Assembly: GCA_050173015.1 (NCBI GenBank)
Contig: JBFXLE010000010.1
Coordinates: 32,001 to 96,000, forward strand
Reading direction: 5' to 3'
Length of the DNA stretch: 64,000 nt
Source: Calditrichaceae bacterium
GTDB taxonomy: Bacteria; Calditrichota; Calditrichia; Calditrichales; JBFXGD01
The translations under genes were made by a program, and so were the position numbers. Below the pieces are notes generated by a model. That model saw only the letters and a program-made list of their open reading frames with translations, did not search any database and was not told the DNA's origin. This document shows, piece by piece, positions 10,417-19,934 of the stretch. Each line of letters begins with the position of its first letter. Within the stretch, counting starts at the first letter, position 1.

Positions 10417-10882
10417 TTTATCGTCCTGCCATTTTAACGGGTTTTCGATGATATATTGCCGGATGCGGTTTAATTCGTTTTCGTCACGAATAATGTGTTC
10501 GTAATAATTTCTTTGCCATAATCGCGCGCCGGGGGTTTTGCGGATTTTGTTGATTTTCCGGGATGTGATGGATTGAAAATTTTGCATTATCGCGCCCAAT
10601 GATCCGGGTTTGGTGCCGTGGGGTCGTTGGGGCGATGCATTCATATCCGGATTATTATCATCATTTATATTGTTTTGATTGGAATGCATCGCCCCTACAT
10701 GCATATCCGGATTTTTATCATCATTTATATTATTTTGATCGGAATGCATCGCCCCTACATTCATATCCGGATTATTACCATTATTTACATTATTATGATT
10801 GGAATGCATCGCCCCTACATGCATATCCGGATTTTTATCATCATTTATATTATTTTGATCGGAATGCATCGCCCGCAAAAAA
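10417..10882 (-). repeat. First duplicate of the RAYT 3' end plus 4 tandem 60-bp units
   Basis: Offset to the native copy is 466 = 226 + 4x60. Confidence 0.95.
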
Positions 10883-11437
10883 TTTATTGTCCTGCCATTT
10901 TAACGGGTTTTCGATGATATATTGCCGGATGCGGTTTAATTCGTTTTCGTTACGAATAATGTGTTCGTAATAATTTCTTTGCCATAATCGCGCGCCGGGG
11001 GTTTTGCGGATTTTGTTGATTTTCCGGGATGTGATGGATTGAAAATTTTGCATTATCGCGCCCAATGATCCGGGTTTGGTGCCGTGGGGTCGTTGGGGCG
11101 ATGCATTCATATCCGGATTATTACCATTATTTATATTATTTTGATTGGAATGCATCGCCCCTACCGATTTAATAATATTCACAATTCCATGAAAATGATT
11201 GGGCATTATTTGAAATTCATCAATATTTACATTTTTAAAATGTATTGACATTTTCTTCCAATGATATTCAATGATTTTTCCCAACGTGTTCAAAACCATT
11301 TTCCCATCGATCACATCACCAAATAATATCTCACGATTCTGCGCGCAGATGGTAACGAAATACCACCCTGCCTGTGAATAATCAAACCCTTTTAACCGAA
11401 TCGAACGACGATGGTGTTTTTGGGGATCATAATTCAA
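10850..11437 (-). mobile_element. REP-associated tyrosine transposase (RAYT; Y1/HUH, IS200-like), intact, 195 aa
   Basis: HHRRSIRLKGFDYSQAGWYFVTIC N-terminus, HUH motif IMPNHFHGI, LWQRNYYEHIIR, catalytic Tyr in YIIENP. Confidence 0.92.
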
Positions 11438-11771
11438 TTATCTAATCCTTTTAAAATACTGACCTATTCAATCTCATTTATTCCTTCCGGGTAGTTCTCG
11501 CCCGGGGGACATCTTTTTTCTGTGATGGGGTAATAATGTAGGTTTATGAGATAATTCATTATGCATACGATGAATCAAATCATCAATACTATTCTTGAAA
11601 TTTTGTTCTTTGTATCAAAAAGAAATTTATAAAACGCATTTAAGAGAAGCACGAACTGCTATGAATGAAAATTACTATCAAATATAAATAAATTAGTTAT
11701 GGTATCATAATATTGATTGGATCTTTAATACTGTTAATGCGGATATTAGTCAATATTTGGACACATGGCCC

Positions 11772-11814
11772 AAAAAAACAGGGTTACGAAAATTTATCGT
11801 AACCCTTTGTTTTT
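11772..11814 (-). terminator. Terminator hairpin downstream of tRNA-Phe
   Basis: AGGGTTACGA-loop-TCGTAACCCT with flanking A and T tracts. Confidence 0.7.
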
Positions 11815-11821
11815 ATTGATG

Positions 11822-11894
<73 letters not shown>

Positions 11895-11966
11895 TTGAAC
11901 CATTTTGAAAGACAACAAATATAATGTGCGGCGTATATCGATGCAAATTTAATTTATTATTTTTAT

Positions 11967-12863
11967 TTAAAATAAACTGATGTGCAATCCCTTTTTTTCG
12001 ATCTTTCTGGCCAGGGAATCCACACCGATTAAAGTCCGGTTCAGATTGTCATATAAAGTCGTGTCATACATCATTTTTCCCAGCGTGCCCTCCTTGTTCT
12101 CCACCTGTTTAAGCAATACATGCAAGGTAAAGGCCATCGAATCGAGACGGGCGGAGATTCTGCTTACATTGTTTAGCGATGCGTTAACCGGCCCTTCGTT
12201 GGCTTCAAGCATGGTGTTTAACTTCTGCGAACCTTTTTCAAAATTCACAACAGCATTACGTAAATTCCCCGTGCTTGCCGACAGCACATCCTTAAAATCC
12301 GCTGTAATCTGATTGACGTTGGACAATGTCTGCTGAATATCTTCCTGCAGTTTTCCCTCTTTTAACAAACCGTTTACCATGGCCACCGTCGTATCCAGCC
12401 GGAATGTCAGCGCCGATAAATCTTCCGAAAGTTCACCAATCGTCATTCCCACATCAACAATCCGCCCGCCGTATCTTCCCCTGAACGGCTGCTGATTCAT
12501 CGATATAAGATTTTCCGACTTCCCCGGAAAAATTTCCACCTTCATCCCAGCCAGCAATTCCGCGCTGATCACAACAAAGTCCGCGTCTTCATATAACTGC
12601 ACATGATCGTTTATCTCAAGGGTACACAGCACATCCCGTCCGCGCCAGCCGATGGATACGATCTTGCCCTCCTTGACTCCGTTCACGGTAACCGGATCGC
12701 CGGGGACCATCCCGCCCACATTATCGAATACCACATCAATATGATATTTGTTGGTTTTCAGACGAAACTCTTTACCCCAGATTATCCCGAAAATTAAAAT
12801 GAGAGTGGATAATATGAGGGTCAAACCGACCTTAAATTCGGTGGTGATTAATTTTTTATCCAT
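11967..12863 (-). CDS. MlaD/MCE family protein
   Basis: EFKVG plus TM segment; FDNVGGMVPGDPVTVNGVKEGKI (MCE); helical C-terminus with GTLGKMMYD. Confidence 0.9.
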   Translation of the reverse strand: MDKKLITTEFKVGLTLILSTLILIFGIIWGKEFRLKTNKYHIDVVFDNVGGMVPGDPVTVNGVKEGKIVSIGWRGRDVLCTLEINDHVQLYEDADFVVISAELLAGMKVEIFPGKSENLISMNQQPFRGRYGGRIVDVGMTIGELSEDLSALTFRLDTTVAMVNGLLKEGKLQEDIQQTLSNVNQITADFKDVLSASTGNLRNAVVNFEKGSQKLNTMLEANEGPVNASLNNVSRISARLDSMAFTLHVLLKQVENKEGTLGKMMYDTTLYDNLNRTLIGVDSLARKIEKKGLHISLF

Positions 12864-12879
12864 GAGGAGCGAACTTTCT

Positions 12880-13362
12880 TCAACTATTACCGATTAAATT
12901 TTCGAAAGCGATTTTTTTACCGGTTGGCACATCAAGACATTCAAACTGAACGCCTCTTTCCATACATCTTCGAAACGTGTCCATCTCTTCGTTGTTTATA
13001 TACAAATAGGGTAGATACTTTTTTCTGGCGTCCTGAAAGTGAATACCTCCGATATTGACACGCTCAATCTGAGCGCCTGATTTCAACAACTCTTCCAGAA
13101 CGGCCGGGGAGTTTATCAAGATGATAGCCGAGCTGTGATCAGATTCCCTGTTATTAATATATGCCGTTGTTTCAGCCACATTCATAATATGTGTTTTGAT
13201 GGACTCCGGCACACATGAGAGATATAGCTCCTTTTCCCAATCATTCTCAGAAACCGAATCGTCACAAAGAACAATCTCTCTGGTATTTAAATAATTTGCC
13301 CATCCGATTACCACCTGGCCATGAATGAGCCTGTCATCAATCCTGACTAGCTGAACCGCCAT
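12880..13362 (-). CDS. PTS mannose/sorbose-family EIIB component
   Basis: VRIDDRLIHGQV with the phospho-His; VNIGGIH. Confidence 0.92.
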   Translation of the reverse strand: MAVQLVRIDDRLIHGQVVIGWANYLNTREIVLCDDSVSENDWEKELYLSCVPESIKTHIMNVAETTAYINNRESDHSSAIILINSPAVLEELLKSGAQIERVNIGGIHFQDARKKYLPYLYINNEEMDTFRRCMERGVQFECLDVPTGKKIAFENLIGNS

Positions 13363-13372
13363 CGTATCATCC

Positions 13373-13759
13373 CTATCGAATTAATATTCCTTTCTTACCG
13401 TCTTCCATAATCTTCGCGATCAACTGCTCCCAGTCCATTCGCTCATGGTTGCTGTGATATGAAACAAGCATCGGAACATTTACGCCTCCAACTACCACCG
13501 CTTCCGGCCGCGACTTTTTAATACGATTGGCCAAAACCCAGCAGCTGCCCCCGACAAGATCTATGAAAAATATAAGTTTTTCCGGTTTTATTTCTTCAAT
13601 TTTTTGTTCGATTTCACTTTCTATGGATTCAAGTGATTTCGTTTTATTAGAAAAGAAAAATTCATTCTCAATTTTCCCCACCAGTCCGTCCGCCACATTT
13701 TTTAATTCACGTGACAGATCCCCGTGAGTGATAATGCACGAAAGATGTTTTCCGCTCAT
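13373..13759 (-). CDS. PTS mannose-family EIIA component
   Basis: IITHG, FIDLVGGSC, GGVNVPML. Confidence 0.88.
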   Translation of the reverse strand: MSGKHLSCIITHGDLSRELKNVADGLVGKIENEFFFSNKTKSLESIESEIEQKIEEIKPEKLIFFIDLVGGSCWVLANRIKKSRPEAVVVGGVNVPMLVSYHSNHERMDWEQLIAKIMEDGKKGILIR

Positions 13760-14742
13760 TCCCAGTCCTTTTCCAGAAAGGCTCTGTCCTGAGAGAGCTG
13801 GCTGCGGTCTTTTTGCTTCATGAATTCTTTAAGACGGGAATTGAATTCACGGGCAGTATGATAACCATACATTTTTAACAGATGATTCATAGCGATGGTC
13901 TCGGCAATTACCGTGATATTTTTACCCGGATTGATGGGCAGGACAATTTGCGGAATTTCCACGTCTAATATTTTCGTAATATTCTCTTCAAGACCTGTAC
14001 GCTCGTAGTCAGCGTCCTTATCCCAGTCCACCAGTTTCACTTCCACTTCAACGCGTTTCTGCATGCGAACACTTCGGATACCGAACACACGTTTCACATC
14101 GATCAATCCTACGCCGCGGATCTCAAGCACATGTTCCGAAACTTCCTGGCCTGCTCCTATGAGCACATCTTCCGCTTTCAGGGTGACAATGACCAGATCG
14201 TCGGCAACGAGACGGTGGCCCCTTTCCACAAGATCAAGCGTGATTTCGCTTTTCCCGATACCGCTCCTGCCGGTAAAAAGGATGCCGATACCATAAACAT
14301 CCACCAGCGACCCGTGCATGGAAACGCGCGGAGCGAATTTTGTTTCGAGATACTCTCCCAGCAGATGCACAAGCCTCGTTGTACTGTAAGGCGTGCTGAA
14401 AACCGAGATATATCTGCGGGTGGCGGCTTCTATTAGAAGAGGAGGAATCGGATTTCCGTTGGAAACAATTACCGCGGGGATCTCAAATTCACTAAAACGG
14501 CTGATAGATTGCATCAGCGCCTTTTCATCTAGCCCGGAAAGATAGGATATTTCTGTATTTCCGAGAATCTGCATTCTATCCCATGTAAACAACTCAACGA
14601 ATCCCGATAAGGCCAATCCCGGACGGTGCAGCTCCGGTGATGTGATCTTTCTGTTAAGTCCGTTTTCTGAACAGACCAGCTTTAATTTAAGCCTGGACTG
14701 ATTCTCCCTGAAAAATGCTCTGACTGTGATAAACTGATTCAT
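13756..14742 (-). CDS. hprK: HPr(Ser) kinase/phosphorylase
   Basis: HRPGLALSGF, HGSLVDVYGIGILFTGRSGIGKSE, LVADD, LEIRGVGLID. Confidence 0.96.
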   Translation of the reverse strand: MNQFITVRAFFRENQSRLKLKLVCSENGLNRKITSPELHRPGLALSGFVELFTWDRMQILGNTEISYLSGLDEKALMQSISRFSEFEIPAVIVSNGNPIPPLLIEAATRRYISVFSTPYSTTRLVHLLGEYLETKFAPRVSMHGSLVDVYGIGILFTGRSGIGKSEITLDLVERGHRLVADDLVIVTLKAEDVLIGAGQEVSEHVLEIRGVGLIDVKRVFGIRSVRMQKRVEVEVKLVDWDKDADYERTGLEENITKILDVEIPQIVLPINPGKNITVIAETIAMNHLLKMYGYHTAREFNSRLKEFMKQKDRSQLSQDRAFLEKDWE

Positions 14743-14783
14743 AGTTTGAATTTACTAAAGATTGATAAACTCCGCAAAAAATT

Positions 14784-14817
14784 AAAAAAAATAGGCGCTT
14801 CTCAATGAAGCGCCTAT
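14784..14817 (-). terminator. Intrinsic terminator after hpf
   Basis: ATAGGCGCTTC/GAAGCGCCTAT stem plus T tract. Confidence 0.75.
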
Positions 14818-14839
14818 CATATTATTCACAAAGGACTTA

Positions 14840-15163
14840 TTAGCTTACCAAATTCTCAACGATTTTCTTGTTATCATGATCTTTGATCTTCGCTTTTGCC
14901 TTTACAATCTGCTGTTCCATTTTGTCAATCGCCAGGTCAATGGATTTGAACACGTCCTCTGATCGCTCTTTAACGACAATCACCTTATGATTCAGGCGCA
15001 GAATAAATTCCACAACCTGATCAAGTTTTTCATAAGAGAGGATAACCTCAACATCCATGATTGAGTCAGCAAAGCGGTCGAGTCTTTTCATCTTATCCTC
15101 GATGTAGGTCTTAAGACGCTCCGGCGCTTTGTACCCTCTGGCGGTGATTGCTATTTTCATCAT
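14840..15163 (-). CDS. hpf: Ribosome hibernation promoting factor (HPF/RaiA, short form)
   Basis: MKIAITAR, LKTYIEDKMKRLDRF, EDVFKSIDLAIDKMEQQI; lies between xerC and hprK. Confidence 0.85.
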   Translation of the reverse strand: MMKIAITARGYKAPERLKTYIEDKMKRLDRFADSIMDVEVILSYEKLDQVVEFILRLNHKVIVVKERSEDVFKSIDLAIDKMEQQIVKAKAKIKDHDNKKIVENLVS

Positions 15164-16083
15164 GACCTCCTTAATTTTTTTGATGATTTATGTGAGGCGC
15201 CCGGATGGGCTTGATTGTATATTTCTTTCAAATGCTCGATCGACATATGCGTGTAAATCTGCGTAGTCGACAAACTTTCATGTCCCAGCAAATCCTTAAC
15301 AACTCTTATATTGGCTCCAGCGTTTAATAAATGCGTCGCGTAACTGTGCCTGAGCACATGCGGGCTTTTTTGGGGGGAATTGGATACAAAAGCCAGATAC
15401 TTCTTCACAATCCTTTGGACAGCCATCGGATACATTTTCTTCCCTGAATTAAGTACAAATAGATTATCGACATCCTTCAGCGCAAATTGAGTTCTGAATG
15501 TTAAATATTTTTCAAGAATTTTCACCGCGACGCTGCCGATAGGTACCACTCTTTCCTTATTCCCTTTTCCGATAATCCGGATCAGATTTTCATTCATATA
15601 TACATCTGTGACCTTTAGATTTATTAACTCCGTCAGACGCATTCCGGTTCCATAAAAAAACTCCAGTATTGTAAGATCGCGCACGCCTTCAAATGTGGCG
15701 CTGTCGGGCTGCTGCATGAGACGGGTGACTTCGTCTTCCGTCATGTATTCAGGTAATTTTTTTTCGAATCTTGGTAATTTAATGGCCTGGGCAGGGTTAA
15801 TTTTGATGACCTCCTCACGCGCTAAAAACTTAAAAAGTGATTTTATGGCCGCAAGTTTTCTTGCGATGCTGCGTTTTGAAATATCATTTTCCTGCAGGAA
15901 GACGAGAAAGTAGCGAAGTGTCTTTTTTTCAATCCGGTTCCATTCAATCTGACCGGTTCTGAAGTAGTCAAGCGCGAAGTTTTCGAACTGTGTTAAGTCT
16001 GCCGCGTACGCCTGCGCGGTATTCCCGGAATATCGTTTTTCCAGGATTAAAAAATCTAAAAACTTACGGATCTGTGAATCCAT
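15160..16083 (-). CDS. xerC: Tyrosine recombinase XerC
   Basis: Catalytic motifs GMRLTEL, GKGNKER, HVLRHSYATH, LGHESLSTTQIYTH; housekeeping context. Confidence 0.88.
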   Translation of the reverse strand: MDSQIRKFLDFLILEKRYSGNTAQAYAADLTQFENFALDYFRTGQIEWNRIEKKTLRYFLVFLQENDISKRSIARKLAAIKSLFKFLAREEVIKINPAQAIKLPRFEKKLPEYMTEDEVTRLMQQPDSATFEGVRDLTILEFFYGTGMRLTELINLKVTDVYMNENLIRIIGKGNKERVVPIGSVAVKILEKYLTFRTQFALKDVDNLFVLNSGKKMYPMAVQRIVKKYLAFVSNSPQKSPHVLRHSYATHLLNAGANIRVVKDLLGHESLSTTQIYTHMSIEHLKEIYNQAHPGASHKSSKKLRRS

Positions 16084-16144
16084 AATATCTATAACATTAT
16101 AATTGGGTCAATGGTCTCTGTATTACATACTCGGCATTTATTAA

Positions 16145-18397
16145 TCAATTTGCAACGTTTTCTTCAATTATTTCAAATTTACATTCCGGGCATCGTAAAA
16201 AATGTCCTTTAGACTTGGAAGACTTTTCATTCATGTATTTATTCCCGCAATTTGGACATTTTTGATTTACAGGCTTATCCCAGCTTACAAAATCACATGC
16301 CGGATAATTTGTACATCCGTAAAAAATCTTACCGCGTTTGCTTCTCCGCTCAATGATAGTACCGTCGCATGAATCTTTTGGACAGGAAACCCCTGTATTG
16401 ACGGTGATGGGTTTTGTGTTTTTGCAGTCAGGATAATTGGAACACGCTAAAAATTTACCGTATTTTCCTCTTTTAACCACCATGGGACTATTGCATTTAT
16501 CGCAGACTTCATCCGTTGTTTCCTGTTCTTCATCTTCAAGCGGTTTGGTATTTTTGCATTCCGGGTATCCGCTACAGGCCATAAACCGACCGTTTCTGCC
16601 CCACCGGATTATCATCGGGCGGCCACACTTATCACACGATTCGCCGGAATCTTCAAGAAGATCAGACTTTATTTCTTCTTTATTTGCTTCAACGGTTTTT
16701 ATCGCGCGGTCAAAAGGCGTGTAAAATTCATTCATTACATCTTCATACGTGGCGTGGTCACCGGCTATTTCATCCAGCTTTTTTTCCATTGAAGCGGTGA
16801 AATCCACATTAAAGATATCAGGGAAATTTTTGATCAGAATTTTGTTTACCGTTTCCCCAAGTTCCGTGGCGAACAATTTGCGTTCTTTCAGTTCCACGTA
16901 TTTGCGGTGGAGAATGGTGCTTACAATCTGGGCGTACGTGCTCGGACGACCGATTCCGAGCCGGTCCATTTCCTTTACAAGTGTACTTTCCGTATATCTT
17001 GCCGGCGGTTTTGTAAAATTTTGCTCCGGCAGAATTTTCTGCAAATAGCAGGCATCACCTTCATTCAGTCCCGGCGGAATATCTTTCACCCCGTTTTCCT
17101 CGTCTTCGCCGGCTGTTTCCCGGTAAACTTTTTCATAACCAGGAAATTTCATCACTTCGCCTTCGGTCGTAAACAAATAATGACCACCAGTGACTGAGAT
17201 CGTTGTTTTTTCATATATGGCAGGCATCATCTGGCAGGCCACAAATCTCTTCCAGATCAGATTATACAATTTGAATTGCTCCGCCGAGAGCACTCCTTTT
17301 AGATTCTCCGGAGCAAACTCGTCCGATATATTGGCGGGCCGGATCGACTCATGGGCGTCCTGAGCTGATTTTTTCGTTTTATATACTCTCGGATTAGCAG
17401 GCAGATATTCATCGCCAAACTGATTTTTGATGTAATCCCGTGAAGCGTGAAGCGCTTCGGAGCTGATTCTGGTGGAATCGGTACGCATGTAAGTAATCAA
17501 ACCTACTCTGCCCTGTCCGGGTACATCAACACCCTCGTACAATGTTTGCGCGATACTCATGATTCTTTTTGTTGACATATGAAGCATTCGGGAGCCGGAT
17601 TGCTGCAGGGTACTTGTCGTAAAAGGCGGCTGAGGCTGCCGTTTAAGTTCTTTTTTATTGATCGCTGTGATTTTCAGGGCCGCGTTTTTGATGGCCGCCA
17701 CATGATTGTCAGCTGATCCCTGATCGGGAATATGCGCTTTTTTATTGTTGATTTTTGTCAGTTTCAGCTCAAAGGGATCGGAAATATCCGTTTTTACTAC
17801 TATCTTGATCGTCCAGAATTCTTCTGATTTAAACTCACGGATTTCCTCTTCACGCTTACAGATAATATAGAGAGCCACCGATTGCACTCTTCCGGCGCTC
17901 AGACCTCGGTAGATCATTCTCCACAACACCGGACTGATTTTGTAGCCTACTATGCGGTCCAGAACCCTGCGCGCCTGTTGAGAATTTACCATTTTCATGT
18001 CAATAGATCTGGGATGACTCATTGCTGACTCAACACCGCTTCTGGTAATTTCATGAAATTCAACGCGATGGATTTCTTTTTTGGCCGTATTTAAAACAGA
18101 AGAAATATGGTATGCGATCGCTTCGCCTTCCCTGTCAGGGTCAGTCGCGATATAGATATTATCCGCGCCGGCCGCGAGAGCTCTTAATTCCTTGATTATT
18201 TTTTCTTTACCGCGAATATTTATATACTGCGGTTTAAATCCGTCTTCTATATTGACGCCAAACTTGTTTTTGGGCAAATCAATGATATGACCAACCGATG
18301 CGGCAACTTTAAAATCAGCCCCGAGGTATTTATTGATGGTCTTTGCTTTTGCCGGTGATTCTACTATCACTAAAGATTTGTGTGCCATATATCTCAA
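16145..18397 (-). CDS. topA: DNA topoisomerase I with C-terminal Zn ribbons
   Basis: IVESPAKAKTI, DPDREGEAIA, SAGRVQS, ITYMRTDS, GIGRPSTY, several C4 zinc fingers. Confidence 0.97.
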   Translation of the reverse strand: MRYMAHKSLVIVESPAKAKTINKYLGADFKVAASVGHIIDLPKNKFGVNIEDGFKPQYINIRGKEKIIKELRALAAGADNIYIATDPDREGEAIAYHISSVLNTAKKEIHRVEFHEITRSGVESAMSHPRSIDMKMVNSQQARRVLDRIVGYKISPVLWRMIYRGLSAGRVQSVALYIICKREEEIREFKSEEFWTIKIVVKTDISDPFELKLTKINNKKAHIPDQGSADNHVAAIKNAALKITAINKKELKRQPQPPFTTSTLQQSGSRMLHMSTKRIMSIAQTLYEGVDVPGQGRVGLITYMRTDSTRISSEALHASRDYIKNQFGDEYLPANPRVYKTKKSAQDAHESIRPANISDEFAPENLKGVLSAEQFKLYNLIWKRFVACQMMPAIYEKTTISVTGGHYLFTTEGEVMKFPGYEKVYRETAGEDEENGVKDIPPGLNEGDACYLQKILPEQNFTKPPARYTESTLVKEMDRLGIGRPSTYAQIVSTILHRKYVELKERKLFATELGETVNKILIKNFPDIFNVDFTASMEKKLDEIAGDHATYEDVMNEFYTPFDRAIKTVEANKEEIKSDLLEDSGESCDKCGRPMIIRWGRNGRFMACSGYPECKNTKPLEDEEQETTDEVCDKCNSPMVVKRGKYGKFLACSNYPDCKNTKPITVNTGVSCPKDSCDGTIIERRSKRGKIFYGCTNYPACDFVSWDKPVNQKCPNCGNKYMNEKSSKSKGHFLRCPECKFEIIEENVAN

Positions 18398-18469
18398 TAA
18401 CTTTTGGTTGTGATTTGTTGTTAACGCGGGACGATATCATCTAAGTTTCGGATCTCAGTAAAAATCTGG

Positions 18470-18934
18470 CTAATGTATGGTATTGGATCCCAGTTGGTAG
18501 AAAAATCCTTCATAAAAATTACCCGGATCAGCGCCCAATACCATTGATGCTGTGATACTCTTAATATCATCCAGTGTGATATTGGTTGTCCCCAGCGATA
18601 ATGATTTCTCGATCGCGGATTCAATCCCCGATTCGTCCAGAATACCTAACTGCCATAACTGCAGAAGATACCCGTATGCATCAGGTGATACAACCAGTTT
18701 TTCAAGTTCGTGTAAAACACGGATCGATTTCCCGCTATACTGAAACTCGGCTTTTTGCGGAGCCTGTTCTTTTTGCAAATGATTAAATATCCAGGAAAAA
18801 GCTATGTTTATTTCATTTTCGGTATAACCGCGTGATCTTAGTTCTTCCGATAAATCAACATAATTTTCGTCTGAGTGCTGGTGCTGAAATTCACCCATCA
18901 GGTACACTATTATCTCAATAATTCGTTCTTGCAT
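18470..18934 (-). CDS. smg: DUF494/Smg family protein
   Basis: MQERIIEIIVYL, GYTENEINIAFSW, IRVLHELE, AYGYLLQL; upstream of topA. Confidence 0.82.
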   Translation of the reverse strand: MQERIIEIIVYLMGEFQHQHSDENYVDLSEELRSRGYTENEINIAFSWIFNHLQKEQAPQKAEFQYSGKSIRVLHELEKLVVSPDAYGYLLQLWQLGILDESGIESAIEKSLSLGTTNITLDDIKSITASMVLGADPGNFYEGFFYQLGSNTIH

Positions 18935-19178
18935 CTGTTTCCTTATGTATAGTCCAAAAAAAACTACACTTTTGTTAATAAAAAATCAAGTCATTAAACC
19001 GTACATTATATAATTAGTTTCATTATAAATATATTGGATGAAAATATATCCGTTTTGTGACAAATATTCCTTTTTATGTCAGGATACCTGAAAAGACAAA
19101 AAATAATGAAGAAAAAAATATCCGGCAAAGTTACCTCTGCCGGATCAAAAATACAATCATGCCATATCGAAATCAAAT

Positions 19179-19868
19179 TTAATCACTTCCCCATGTGCCC
19201 CCTGCAATTTCATTCCCGGAGCTATTATACTTCTTCCACCATCCGTTGCCACTTGAATCCCAATGTGATTCAAAGAGAAGATTGCCGTTATTGTAAATAA
19301 GGAAACTGCCGCTACCATCGGCGTTTGCTGTCGATTCATGGCTGAACATTCCAAAATTGAAAGTACAAATCACGTTGCCATCGTCATCCGTTTCACAGGA
19401 AGAGACAAAAGCCACCTCTTCAGAGTTCATCTGATAAAATGTCCAGGATGATGATTTCCTGTCACCGCTTTGATACCCCTCCATGGCCAGCCAGTTGTCA
19501 TACATCAATATGCCGATTGACCCATCAAGAATCATTTGCCAAACAATCGAATCATCATCTCCGACCGTGGCCTTTATGGTTATCGTAAGATCGTTATTCG
19601 TGCTTGTCCAAACCCATGTATCACCGTCTCTCACGGCATCTATGTCGTCAAAAATATTGCCAATCCACAGCATCCACGGTCCGAGCATCACGCCTGTGTA
19701 CTGAAATTCGGTGTAAACTTCCGGTGGCGCGTCTGTCGGCGGCGAGGCCAGATTCAGATTTGGCAGTGATGGCGGTGTGTCTTTGTTGGAATTTCCTGAA
19801 GTACTATCTGAGCAGGAATAAATGGTGAATGCCGAAAATATAAAAGCTAAAATGATTAACTTTTTCAT
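19179..19868 (-). CDS. Hypothetical lipoprotein (Trp-rich, beta-rich)
   Basis: Signal peptide ending in lipobox TIYSC. Confidence 0.65.
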   Translation of the reverse strand: MKKLIILAFIFSAFTIYSCSDSTSGNSNKDTPPSLPNLNLASPPTDAPPEVYTEFQYTGVMLGPWMLWIGNIFDDIDAVRDGDTWVWTSTNNDLTITIKATVGDDDSIVWQMILDGSIGILMYDNWLAMEGYQSGDRKSSSWTFYQMNSEEVAFVSSCETDDDGNVICTFNFGMFSHESTANADGSGSFLIYNNGNLLFESHWDSSGNGWWKKYNSSGNEIAGGTWGSD

Positions 19869-19934
19869 AAAGATCCCCCCCGGCTTCTTATATGGTAAGA
19901 TAATTGCTGTTGACTAAAATCAAAATGACATTTG

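Noticed and set aside
9813-10874. 60-bp arrays as a CRISPR array
   Set aside because: The segments between the GC-rich motifs are near-identical rather than unique spacers, there are no cas genes, and the unit derives from the RAYT gene
9513-10970. ORFs 9513-10412, 10384-10878 and the plus-strand Tyr/His- or Ile-rich ORFs as real genes
   Set aside because: They are open because the 60-bp unit has no stops in those frames; the minus-strand ones lack the HUH half of the transposase and have no convincing start or RBS
15160-16083. Phage or island integrase
   Set aside because: Sequence and topA-xerC-hpf-hprK context indicate housekeeping XerC
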